This document shows, piece by piece, positions 27,025-35,611 of a stretch of DNA of 60,588 nt (the stretch's first letter is position 1; each line of letters opens with the position of its first letter). The stretch comes from an uncultured Flavobacteriales bacterium (GTDB taxonomy: Bacteria; Bacteroidota; Bacteroidia; Flavobacteriales_D; CAYVSK01). The notes under the pieces were generated by a model. The model searched no databases and was not told where the DNA came from. It saw only the letters and a program-made list of their open reading frames with translations. The translations under genes were made by a program, and so were the position numbers. The stretch covers positions 1-60,588 of the forward strand of contig CAZAYA010000001.1 in the NCBI GenBank assembly GCA_964489175.1, read 5' to 3'.

Positions 27025-27975
27025 ATGTCCAGGATCCGTTTGATCGAAGTCCCTTCCGAGATCGCCGCCGGCACCCGCGGAGCGAGCCTGGGCATCCGGG
27101 CCATGGAGATCGCGGCACTGAACCAGGAGGACCGCTTTTTCCATGAGCATGAAAGTTACGAGGTACCGGCGGAGAATCATCGATCGTACGACCCTGTCGA
27201 CACCCCCCATGCCATCCGTATAGAAGGCGTGCTAAGCATGTACCGGAAGGTTAGCCAGGCAGTAAGCCAAACGCTCACAGCCGGACAATATCCATTCGTA
27301 CTGGCCGGGGACCATTCCACAGCGGGAGCGACCATCGCGGGCATCAAGCAAGCTTTCCCCCAACAAAGACTAGGGGTGATATGGATCGATGCCCATGCCG
27401 ACCTTCACTCCCCCTACACAACCCCTTCCGGGAATATGCACGGCATGCCTCTGGCCGTAGCCTTGGGGATGGACAACAGGGGGCATAAGGCACATAAGCT
27501 CGATGAAAAGACCGCCCGGGCCTGGCACGAACTACGACAGGTAGGGGGTGGAGAACCCAACCTCAACCCCGAAGACCTTGCCTTCATCGGTGTCCGTTCC
27601 ATCGAAGCCCCTGAAGAAGCGTTGATGAAAGCGTATGATATCCGCAACTTCACCATTGAAGAAGTCCGGAGAAAAGGGGCGGAAAGCATTGCAAAGGCAT
27701 GCCTGGAACGCCTGGTGGCATGCGATATGATCTATGTTTCATTTGATGTGGACAGCATGGACGACAGCATTTCCCGGGGAACCGGTACTCCTGAACCTAA
27801 TGGGCTTACCGTAGCTGAAGCCACTGGATTGATGGAATCTTTCGCCCGCGATCCCCGGACCTGCTGTTTTGAGATCGTGGAAGTGAACCCTACCCTTGAC
27901 GACAAAGGAAATGTCATGGCGGAAACGGCTTTCGGGATCCTGAACCGAACCACCCAAACGATCGAAGAACGATGA
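27025..27975 (+). CDS. Arginase/agmatinase/formimidoylglutamase-family ureohydrolase
   Basis: Mn-binding motifs LAGDHS, IDAHADLH and SFDVDSMDDS. 316 aa. An in-frame stop at 27013-27015 fixes the start at 27025. Confidence 0.9.
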   Translation: MSRIRLIEVPSEIAAGTRGASLGIRAMEIAALNQEDRFFHEHESYEVPAENHRSYDPVDTPHAIRIEGVLSMYRKVSQAVSQTLTAGQYPFVLAGDHSTAGATIAGIKQAFPQQRLGVIWIDAHADLHSPYTTPSGNMHGMPLAVALGMDNRGHKAHKLDEKTARAWHELRQVGGGEPNLNPEDLAFIGVRSIEAPEEALMKAYDIRNFTIEEVRRKGAESIAKACLERLVACDMIYVSFDVDSMDDSISRGTGTPEPNGLTVAEATGLMESFARDPRTCCFEIVEVNPTLDDKGNVMAETAFGILNRTTQTIEER

Positions 27976-29771
27976 GCGGGAACGCAACATGGGAATTGCT
28001 GGCAAAGGAAACCAGTCGGGCCTTGAAAACTCTCTATCAGGCAGAGCTCCCAACGAAGGACATCACAGTCCAGGAAACGCGGGATGAATTCGAAGGGGAC
28101 CTGACCATCGTTGTCTTCCCCCTTGCCCGTCACAGCCAGAAAAAACCTCCCGATACCGCAGAGGAGATCGGCCAGTGGTTGCAGGACCAGGAAAATGTCC
28201 CGGTAGTCCGGTACAATGTGGTGAAAGGATTCCTCAATCTGGTCCTCAGCGATGCTCACTGGATGGAAGAACTGAAAAAAGCCCTGGGAAACGACCAATA
28301 CGGATCCTCAACACCCGAACAAGGCAGGTCGATAATGGTGGAATTCTCTTCCCCCAACACCAACAAGCCACTGCATCTCGGCCATCTCCGGAACAACTTC
28401 CTGGGCTGGTCGGTGAGTGAGATCCTCAAGGCCAAGGGTCATAAGGTGAACAAAGTACAGATCATCAACGACCGGGGCATCCACATCTGCAAATCCATGG
28501 TCGCCTGGCAAAAATTCGGGAATGGCGAAACACCGGAAAGCTCTGGTATGAAAGGGGATCATCTGGTCGGAAAGTTTTACGTGGAATTCGATAAGCATTA
28601 CAAGAAGGAAGTAGAGGAACTGCAGAAGGCCGGGAAAAGCCGGGAGGAAGCAGAAAAAAACGCACCCTTGCTGCTGGAAGCTCAGGAAATGCTCCGCCAA
28701 TGGGAGCAGGGAGATGATGAAGTGGTCGCCTTGTGGCAAAAGATGAACAACTGGGTCTACCAGGGTTTCGACCAGACCTATGAGCGCATGGGCGTCGATT
28801 TCGACAAGCTGTACTACGAATCCGAAACCTATCTGAAAGGCAAAGAAGTCGTCCTGAAAGGACTGAAGGAAGGGATCTTTTATGAAAAGGAGGATGGATC
28901 GGTCTGGTGTGACCTCAGTGCTCACAAAATGGACGACAAGCTCCTGATCCGGGGCGACGGTACGGCAGTCTATATGACCCAGGATATCGGAACGGCCATT
29001 CTCCGGTACGAAGACCAGCCCGACCTGGACCAGCTGGTCTACACCGTAGGAAATGAACAGGAGCACCACTTCAAAGTACTGTTCATCATTCTGGACCAGC
29101 TTGGTTATGCCTGGGCAAGGAATTGTTACCACCTCAGCTACGGGATGGTCGACCTGCCCACGGGAAAAATGAAAAGCCGGGAAGGGACCGTAGTCGATGC
29201 GGACGACCTCATGCAGGAAATGGTGGATACGGCCGAAGAGACCACCCGGGAACTTGGAAAAATGGAAGACCTCAGCGAACAAGAAAAGCATGACCTGTTC
29301 GAAACGATCGGCCTGGCTGCCCTGAAATACTTCCTGCTCAAAGTAGATCCGAAAAAGCGCATGCTTTTCGACCCGCAAGATTCGATCGACCTCAACGGCA
29401 ACACCGGCCCGTTCATCCAATACACCCATGCCCGGATCCGGTCCTTACTCAGAAAAGCGGAAGCTAAAGGCTTCGACACCGATCATCGGAGCCTTCCGGA
29501 AACCAGGGAACTGGAAAAAGCAGAAAAAGCAGTTTTGCTGCGCATCACCCGTTTTCCGCAAGCGGTAACAGAGGCAGGAGAAGAATACAGCCCGGCCGTC
29601 ATCGCCAATTACACCTATGAACTGGTGAAGGAATTCAACCATTTCTACCAGACCACTCCTATCCTGGGGTCAGGCAAAGAACCGCTTCGGATCGCTCTTT
29701 GCCGGAAAACAGGGGATATCATAAGGAAAGCTATGGCACTGCTGGGGGTACGCGTTCCTGAACAGATGTGA
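27972..29771 (+). CDS. argS: Arginine--tRNA ligase
   Basis: Class I HIGH motif SSPNTNKPLHLGHLRN, GKMKSREG (KMSKS-like) and a C-terminal DALR anticodon-binding-like region. ATGA overlap with the arginase stop. Confidence 0.97.
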   Translation: MSGNATWELLAKETSRALKTLYQAELPTKDITVQETRDEFEGDLTIVVFPLARHSQKKPPDTAEEIGQWLQDQENVPVVRYNVVKGFLNLVLSDAHWMEELKKALGNDQYGSSTPEQGRSIMVEFSSPNTNKPLHLGHLRNNFLGWSVSEILKAKGHKVNKVQIINDRGIHICKSMVAWQKFGNGETPESSGMKGDHLVGKFYVEFDKHYKKEVEELQKAGKSREEAEKNAPLLLEAQEMLRQWEQGDDEVVALWQKMNNWVYQGFDQTYERMGVDFDKLYYESETYLKGKEVVLKGLKEGIFYEKEDGSVWCDLSAHKMDDKLLIRGDGTAVYMTQDIGTAILRYEDQPDLDQLVYTVGNEQEHHFKVLFIILDQLGYAWARNCYHLSYGMVDLPTGKMKSREGTVVDADDLMQEMVDTAEETTRELGKMEDLSEQEKHDLFETIGLAALKYFLLKVDPKKRMLFDPQDSIDLNGNTGPFIQYTHARIRSLLRKAEAKGFDTDHRSLPETRELEKAEKAVLLRITRFPQAVTEAGEEYSPAVIANYTYELVKEFNHFYQTTPILGSGKEPLRIALCRKTGDIIRKAMALLGVRVPEQM

Positions 29772-29840
29772 TCGCCCGCGTGTTCATCCCACGATCCCTG
29801 TCCGATACTTTGACACACAGGAATTACGCGCAGGATTCAT

Positions 29841-29848
29841 TAATTTTG
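29841..29848 (+). promoter_or_regulatory. -7 box TAATTTTG for ffh-folD
   Basis: Exact TAnnTTTG match 19 nt upstream of ATG 29868. AAAGGAGAAGG lies between the box and the start. Confidence 0.5.
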
Positions 29849-29867
29849 TAAGAAAGGAGAAGGCACC

Positions 29868-31214
29868 ATGTTCGAGAACCTGCAGGACAAGATAGAGCGG
29901 TCGTTCAAAGTCCTTAAAGGACAAGGCCAGATCACGGAAGTGAACGTAGCGGAGACGCTGAAGGAAGTCCGCCGGTCGTTGCTGGACGCCGATGTGAACT
30001 TCAAGATCGCCAAGGATTTCACCAATCGTGTCAAGGAAAAAGCACTCGGCCAAGATGTATTGAATGCCGTTTCCCCCGGGCAATTGCTCGTGAAGATCAC
30101 CCATGAAGAGCTCAAGGAACTCATGGGTGGAGAACACGAAGAACTCGACCTCAAGGGGAATCCAGGCGTTATTCTGCTGGCCGGCCTCCAGGGTTCAGGT
30201 AAAACAACTTTCTCCGGGAAACTCGCCAACTTCCTCAAAAAGAAGAAAAGCAAGGATCCGCTGCTCATCGCTTGTGACGTTTACCGCCCCGCTGCGATCG
30301 ATCAGTTGCATGTGGTAGGCGACCAGATCGGCGTGGAAGTCTTTTCCGACAAGGAGACCAAGGACCCGGTAGACATTGCTCAGCGCGGCATCCAGCATGC
30401 TAAAGCGAACGGGCATGACCTTGTGATCGTGGACACGGCCGGCCGACTGGCGATCGACGAGGACATGATGAACGAGATCTCCTCTCTCAAAAGTGCGCTC
30501 TCGCCCAACGAAACGCTTTTCGTGGTCGACTCCATGACCGGTCAGGATGCCGTGAACACCGCTAAGACTTTCAACGAGCGGCTCGACTACAATGGTGTGA
30601 TCCTCACCAAGCTCGACGGAGATACCCGGGGTGGTGCCGCCCTGTCCATCCGCGCTGTGGTGAACAAACCCATCAAGTTCATCGGTACTGGTGAAAAGAT
30701 GGATGCCCTGGATGTCTTTTATCCGGAAAGGATGGCCGACCGGATCCTGGGCATGGGGGATGTCGTATCGCTGGTGGAAAGAGCCCAGGAGCAGATCGAT
30801 GAGGAAGAGGCCCGTAAGGTGCAGAAGAAGATCGCGAAGAACCAGTTCAACTTCGATGACTTCCTCAAGCAGATCAGCCAGATCAAGAAAATGGGGAACG
30901 TCAAGGACCTCATGGGCATGATCCCCGGCATGGGCAAGGCGATCCGCGACATGGATATCGACGACGATGCTTTCAAAGGCATCGAAGCTATTATCCACTC
31001 CATGACCCCCGAAGAACGGCAGGACCCCAAGCTTCTCGATGGTTCCCGCCGTAAAAGGATCGCCAAAGGAAGTGGCACTTCTGTTCAGGAGGTCAACCAG
31101 CTCATCAAACAATTCGAGCAGACGAGCAAGATGATGAAAAAGCTCGGCAATAAGAAGGACATGACCAACATGATGCAACAAATGCAGAACATGGGCGGCA
31201 AGCCCGGCATGTAA
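29868..31214 (+). CDS. ffh: Signal recognition particle protein Ffh
   Basis: NG domain with GLQGSGKTT, DTAGR and TKLDGD. Methionine-rich M domain (MMKKLGNKKDMTNMMQQMQNMGG). Confidence 0.98.
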   Translation: MFENLQDKIERSFKVLKGQGQITEVNVAETLKEVRRSLLDADVNFKIAKDFTNRVKEKALGQDVLNAVSPGQLLVKITHEELKELMGGEHEELDLKGNPGVILLAGLQGSGKTTFSGKLANFLKKKKSKDPLLIACDVYRPAAIDQLHVVGDQIGVEVFSDKETKDPVDIAQRGIQHAKANGHDLVIVDTAGRLAIDEDMMNEISSLKSALSPNETLFVVDSMTGQDAVNTAKTFNERLDYNGVILTKLDGDTRGGAALSIRAVVNKPIKFIGTGEKMDALDVFYPERMADRILGMGDVVSLVERAQEQIDEEEARKVQKKIAKNQFNFDDFLKQISQIKKMGNVKDLMGMIPGMGKAIRDMDIDDDAFKGIEAIIHSMTPEERQDPKLLDGSRRKRIAKGSGTSVQEVNQLIKQFEQTSKMMKKLGNKKDMTNMMQQMQNMGGKPGM

Positions 31215-31233
31215 ACGACCTACTCCCCCTCTC

Positions 31234-32145
31234 ATGGAAATACTCGACGGAAAAGCCACTTCAGAAGAGATCAAAAAGGAGATCGCTGCGGAAGTGGAAC
31301 AGATCAAAGCGATAGGCGGCAAAGTTCCTCACCTCACAGCCGTCATCGTCGGTGAAGACCCAGCCAGTCGCTCTTATGTAGGAGGAAAGGTGAAAGCCTG
31401 TCAGCGGGTCGGCTTTCGCTCTTCCCTCATCGAATTCCCCGATGACGTTTCCGAAGAAGAGTTGCTGCAACAGATCGAAGTCCTCAACCATGATGATGAT
31501 GTGGATGGCTTCATTGTACAGCTTCCCCTCCCTGGCCAGATCGATGAAAAGAAGGTGATCTTCTCCATCGACCCCGACAAGGATGTGGACGGCTTTCATC
31601 CCCAGAACGTTGGGAAAATGGCCCTGAACATGCCCACCATTCTACCCGCTACCCCTTACGGTATCCTGCAATTGATGAAACGCTACAAGATCGACACCTT
31701 CGCCAAAGAATGTGTGATCGCTGGCCGGAGCACTATCGTGGGATCGCCCATGGCCATCCTGATGAAGCAGAATGCCACGCCGGGAAATTGCACGGTCACG
31801 TTGTGCCATAAATACACCCGCCGTTATTGGGAACATTACAAAAGAGCGGACATTCTGATATCAGCGGTCGGTAAGCCCGGGCTCATTACGGGAGACATGG
31901 TCAAGGAAGGGGCTGTTGTGTTCGATGTCGGCATCACTCGCATCAAGGACCATACCCGCTCCAAAGGATACCGCATCGTTGGCGATGTGGCCTATGATGA
32001 AGTCGCTCCAAAAGCTTCTTATATCACGCCTGTCCCTGGAGGCGTCGGCCCCATGACGATCGCCGCCCTGCTCAAGAACACCCTTACCGTTGCCAAGCGT
32101 CGGCAACAGGAGCCCCTGGAAAAAGCTGACATTCCTGTGAAATAA
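31234..32145 (+). CDS. folD: Bifunctional methylenetetrahydrofolate dehydrogenase/methenyl-THF cyclohydrolase
   Basis: ILDGK start, YVGGKVKAC, GRSTIVGSPMAILM and TPVPGGVGPMT motifs. Confidence 0.97.
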   Translation: MEILDGKATSEEIKKEIAAEVEQIKAIGGKVPHLTAVIVGEDPASRSYVGGKVKACQRVGFRSSLIEFPDDVSEEELLQQIEVLNHDDDVDGFIVQLPLPGQIDEKKVIFSIDPDKDVDGFHPQNVGKMALNMPTILPATPYGILQLMKRYKIDTFAKECVIAGRSTIVGSPMAILMKQNATPGNCTVTLCHKYTRRYWEHYKRADILISAVGKPGLITGDMVKEGAVVFDVGITRIKDHTRSKGYRIVGDVAYDEVAPKASYITPVPGGVGPMTIAALLKNTLTVAKRRQQEPLEKADIPVK

Positions 32146-32179
32146 AAAACGGGCTGTTCATATGGAACAGCCCGTTTTT
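32146..32179. terminator. Bidirectional rho-independent terminator
   Basis: AAAAA-CGGGCTGTTC-atatg-GAACAGCCCG-TTTTT: a perfect 10-bp GC-rich stem (32150-32159 / 32165-32174) flanked by an A-run and a T-run. It lies between convergent folD and the 32207 gene. Confidence 0.85.
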
Positions 32180-32206
32180 ATCGCTCCAGGTATAATATCT
32201 ACCTGA

Positions 32207-34390
32207 TCAGAAGAGCTTCACGCTGGTGTACTGGAATTTCTCGTATTTCTCCTCGTTCCAGGCATCGTTGGCATAGTCAGGCCCCTGCACTTTAGTATCC
32301 ATTCTGCGGAATTCCAGCATTTCCTCCGCGTCCACACCCCGCTCGTTCAGGGCTTCCACAATAAGTTCTTTGGCCCGGTTCGCCCTTAATTGAGCGAGTT
32401 TCTCGTTATCATCAAAACTCTTGGTCGGCACTGTGGATGCACTGGCTTCGATCTCCACGAAGACCTTACCCCGGTCCTTGATCGTATTGTAAGCCTTGTC
32501 GATCAGGTGGATGAAATTGTCCTGATCTTTTTCGACCCGGTGCTTGTTGTAATTGAAATACTGTTTGAAAGAACCGATCGCTGTTGTTCCGGTCTCCTTC
32601 CTTTCTTCTCCCTCAGCGGAAGCGGTGGGCTGTTTACCGCTCTCCTCCACGATCTCGACCCCTTCTTTCTTTTCCCTTTTGGGCATGGTATCAGGGACAA
32701 GCGTAAGCTGTCCTCCGGCACATTCCAGGTCCATGGTATCCAGATCGATCCCCACCTGGATCTCCTCGTAAGAAGACCCTTCTTTCACCCGCAGCACCTG
32801 GGAATAAAGTTCCTCTCCTTCCACTGCATAGGAAAGGCTGTACTCTCTCCCCTGAGGCAAGATACACACATAACCTCCATCCCGCGTCCGCGGGACAAGC
32901 TGATGGATCATCTCTCCATTGGTCCGGTCGAAGACCGTGATGAAGACATCGGACAACAACTTGGAGCATTCCTCCGCCTGAATGGCTCCTTTCAGAAGGG
33001 TAAGGTCCTTGGCCTCGGCTCCGGTGAACTCAACAAGGTAGATATCGGTCCCCCCATAGTTCTCGATGCCTGCGAACTCACCTCTCATTCCTCTGAAATC
33101 AGAACTATAATAAGCCCGCTTCCCATCAGGCGTGGTTACGAAATAAACGTCATCATCGGTGGTGCTCAAGGGATACCCGACATTTTCGGGCTCCGTCCAG
33201 GTTCCATCCTTTTTCTTTTGAGAAGTGAACAGATCATAACCTCCCATGCTTTTATGCCCTTTGGAGCTAAAGTATAAGGTCTTGCCATCAGGGTGAATGA
33301 AAGGGCCATCCTCATCCCGCTCGGTATTGATCGTTTCCCCAAGGTTCAAGGGCTCCCCCCATTCTCCGTTGGGCAACTTGAGACATTGATAAATATCCCT
33401 TCCTCCTTCTCCTCCATCTCGGTTGCTCACGAAGTAGAGTTCCTGTTTATCCGCAGACATGGTAATATGACTCTCGTAAGCCTCTGAATTGATGAATCCA
33501 GCCTTTTTGAGCTTTTGCCATTCCCCATCCTTGAGCTGGCTCTCGTAGATGTTCCCCGTCCCTTGTTCATCTTTATAGACAAAGAGGGTTTTCCCGTCTG
33601 CCGAAAGACTGCTCGTTGCTTCATGCTCCTGGGTGTTCATTTCGAGCAATTCAGGTTCCTCCCAGTTGCCCTCCTGGTTCTTATAGGAAACGTAAATATC
33701 CTCGAAGAATTTACCGGTAGAACGCTCGACCTGATTGAAATTAGAACTGTCTTTGCGAAGGCGGCGGGAAGTGAAATAGATAGCCGTTTCATCCAGGTTA
33801 GGAACCGGACAATAATCAGCATAAGAACTGTTCACACTCGGGCCCAGGTTGTGGATCTTTACATCGATCGGATTCTGGACCATCTTCTTGGCCATCTTCG
33901 TCATTTGGATGTGGTAGTCGATATCGTCGAGGATCGGGTTCCGGCGATGTGCCTTCTCCTGGAAAATGTTAAAATATTCAAGCGCTTCGTCAAAGCGATA
34001 ATCGATGTGGTACAGTTTGGCCAGAAAGAAATACGCATCATGGGGAGCTTCGTCGGATCTGTACAGCGGGTCATAATCCTTTACCCGGACGGTTCCATCA
34101 GCAATGGCCTTTTCCATGTGGGATAATCCTTCCAGTTTTTGGTCCGTGGAGTGGTAATAGCACATCCCCGCCAGGTAATTCAAATTAGGGTTATCGGGAC
34201 GCTCCGCTAAAAGCTCCTCCCAATAGGGAATCGCACTAGAATAAAGTTTATCGATGGTCATCATCAATGCATCATCGAATTTCTGCTTCATAACCTCTTC
34301 CCTATCCTTGTCTTTCTCCTGTGCATGGATCTCAGGAACGATGAAAAGAAAGAGAAAAAGAAGGGAGAGCAGGGAAAGTCTGCTTTTCAT
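32207..34390 (-). CDS. TPR + PD40 (TolB-like beta-propeller) + C-terminal OmpA-like domain envelope protein (paralogue 1)
   Basis: Signal peptide MKSRLSLLSLLFLFLFIVPEIHAQ and TPR-like N-terminus. PD40 units include SADGKTLFVYKDEQG, SADKQELYFVSNRDGGEGGRDIY, HPDGKTLYFSSKGHKSMGGYDLF and TPDGKRAYYSSDF. C-terminal IEASASTVPT...NEKLAQLRANRA resembles OmpA_C. Start set to ATG 34390, because the tracked TTG 34444 lies inside a -7 box. Confidence 0.85.
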   Translation of the reverse strand: MKSRLSLLSLLFLFLFIVPEIHAQEKDKDREEVMKQKFDDALMMTIDKLYSSAIPYWEELLAERPDNPNLNYLAGMCYYHSTDQKLEGLSHMEKAIADGTVRVKDYDPLYRSDEAPHDAYFFLAKLYHIDYRFDEALEYFNIFQEKAHRRNPILDDIDYHIQMTKMAKKMVQNPIDVKIHNLGPSVNSSYADYCPVPNLDETAIYFTSRRLRKDSSNFNQVERSTGKFFEDIYVSYKNQEGNWEEPELLEMNTQEHEATSSLSADGKTLFVYKDEQGTGNIYESQLKDGEWQKLKKAGFINSEAYESHITMSADKQELYFVSNRDGGEGGRDIYQCLKLPNGEWGEPLNLGETINTERDEDGPFIHPDGKTLYFSSKGHKSMGGYDLFTSQKKKDGTWTEPENVGYPLSTTDDDVYFVTTPDGKRAYYSSDFRGMRGEFAGIENYGGTDIYLVEFTGAEAKDLTLLKGAIQAEECSKLLSDVFITVFDRTNGEMIHQLVPRTRDGGYVCILPQGREYSLSYAVEGEELYSQVLRVKEGSSYEEIQVGIDLDTMDLECAGGQLTLVPDTMPKREKKEGVEIVEESGKQPTASAEGEERKETGTTAIGSFKQYFNYNKHRVEKDQDNFIHLIDKAYNTIKDRGKVFVEIEASASTVPTKSFDDNEKLAQLRANRAKELIVEALNERGVDAEEMLEFRRMDTKVQGPDYANDAWNEEKYEKFQYTSVKLF

Positions 34391-34441
34391 GGCCAAAGAG
34401 CTTATCATACTAATAGAGAGGCTATTGCCTGTTTCAGAAAA

Positions 34442-34449
34442 CAAAAGTA
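34442..34449 (-). promoter_or_regulatory. -7 box TACTTTTG for TPR-PD40-OmpA paralogue 1
   Basis: CAAAAGTA on the + strand is an exact TAnnTTTG match on the - strand, 51 nt upstream of ATG 34390. Confidence 0.45.
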
Positions 34450-34523
34450 AGAAATTAGGACCATGCCCTCCGTCAACGAAGGATCAAATAACGTGAAGGG
34501 CGACTGAGCAGAAAAGGGTATCC

Positions 34524-34543
34524 CTGCAGGCATGGTACTGCAG
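34524..34543 (-). terminator. Weak hairpin directly after the beta-barrel gene stop
   Basis: CTGCAG-gcatggta-CTGCAG (6-bp stem) lies 1 nt from the stop at 34545. It is followed on the - strand by ...CCCTTTTC. Confidence 0.3.
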
Positions 34544-34544
34544 A

Positions 34545-35528
34545 TCAGAACTTGGCCCGCGTTCTCCGACGGAAAGTCGAACGATTGAACCGTTTCATAT
34601 ACCGGGTGTTCATGCCCAACTTCCAGCTGAAGGTGATATTCAGGAAGATATAGGAATCATTATCGGTAGGGTCCCCTCGCTGTGCTCCGGTAGCTGTCGG
34701 ATCGATGGGATGCCCCTTCTCGTTGGTCTTGATCATATCCAGGCTTGGGTCGGCCAGGTCAGCGGCCATATCTCCCCTTTCCGCCCGCAACTTATCATTG
34801 TCGTAATAATCCGTGCTGACATCATCGATGTAATCGGTAAAGGTCTTCCGGTAACCCAGCTCAAGGCCGACCCGGTATTTCCGGCCGAGGCCAAGGCGGA
34901 ATCCAATCCCCATCGGTATCACCGGCTGGAGTCGGCTGTATAGTTCGGTCCCTTCTTCCAGTCCCTGTCCTTCGGTCCCCAGAGGCTGTAATTCTACCCA
35001 TTCCCCTTCGTACTGAGCTTTGGGGTTGAAATAAAATCCACCGATCCCCACGAATCCGTAAAGGTCTTTGTAGGCATTCTTGAACCGGGCGCTCTTACTA
35101 CCGATCCCGTAAAGGTTCCCAAGCTTGTTCAGTGTAAGGTGCAACTCGTATTTCAGAGATGCCTCTACAATAAGGGAACGGAAATGCAAATTCCTGTTCC
35201 GCCGGAACCTTTCATCGGTGAGTTTGTCGTTTCCGCTCACCATACCCACAGAAGCAGCTGCATTCAGTGCCATCGCCCGACCGATGTAATAACGAAACCC
35301 CAAGGCGCCGCAGGGTTGGGTCATCCGGGTCTCCAGGTCCCAGAGAAAATCACTCCCGATCTGGTCCCTTCCTCCCAGCTCACCGAGGAAATGGCTTGAG
35401 CCCAACTGAACGGAGACCTCTTTCCGGTAGCGTTTCCAGTAATTCCGGGAAACGCTGTTGAAATATTGAGCCGAAACGGAATAGGTTATAAAGGCGAGCA
35501 AAAGGGTCAGCAAGTACCGTTTCATCAT
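34545..35528 (-). CDS. Outer-membrane beta-barrel protein (resembles DUF6089-type)
   Basis: Signal peptide MMKRYLLTLLLAFITYSVSAQ, alternating strand pattern (LGLELGYRKTF, GFRLGLGRKY) and terminal ...RTRAKF. The tracked N-extension was dropped. Confidence 0.75.
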   Translation of the reverse strand: MMKRYLLTLLLAFITYSVSAQYFNSVSRNYWKRYRKEVSVQLGSSHFLGELGGRDQIGSDFLWDLETRMTQPCGALGFRYYIGRAMALNAAASVGMVSGNDKLTDERFRRNRNLHFRSLIVEASLKYELHLTLNKLGNLYGIGSKSARFKNAYKDLYGFVGIGGFYFNPKAQYEGEWVELQPLGTEGQGLEEGTELYSRLQPVIPMGIGFRLGLGRKYRVGLELGYRKTFTDYIDDVSTDYYDNDKLRAERGDMAADLADPSLDMIKTNEKGHPIDPTATGAQRGDPTDNDSYIFLNITFSWKLGMNTRYMKRFNRSTFRRRTRAKF

Positions 35529-35611
35529 AGCAAACTCAGTATTTGGGCACAGCAACCAGCATTAATGAGTGAAATTAAGTGAATCATACCCCTTACAGCA
35601 GCAATAAGTGC

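Noticed and set aside
26990-27043. uORF upstream of the arginase gene as an arginine-sensing attenuator leader peptide
   Set aside because: The 17-codon peptide (MPVKSFQPDPNPCPGSV) contains no Arg codons and I see no alternative terminator/antiterminator hairpins. It is kept only as a note under the arginase-argS finding.
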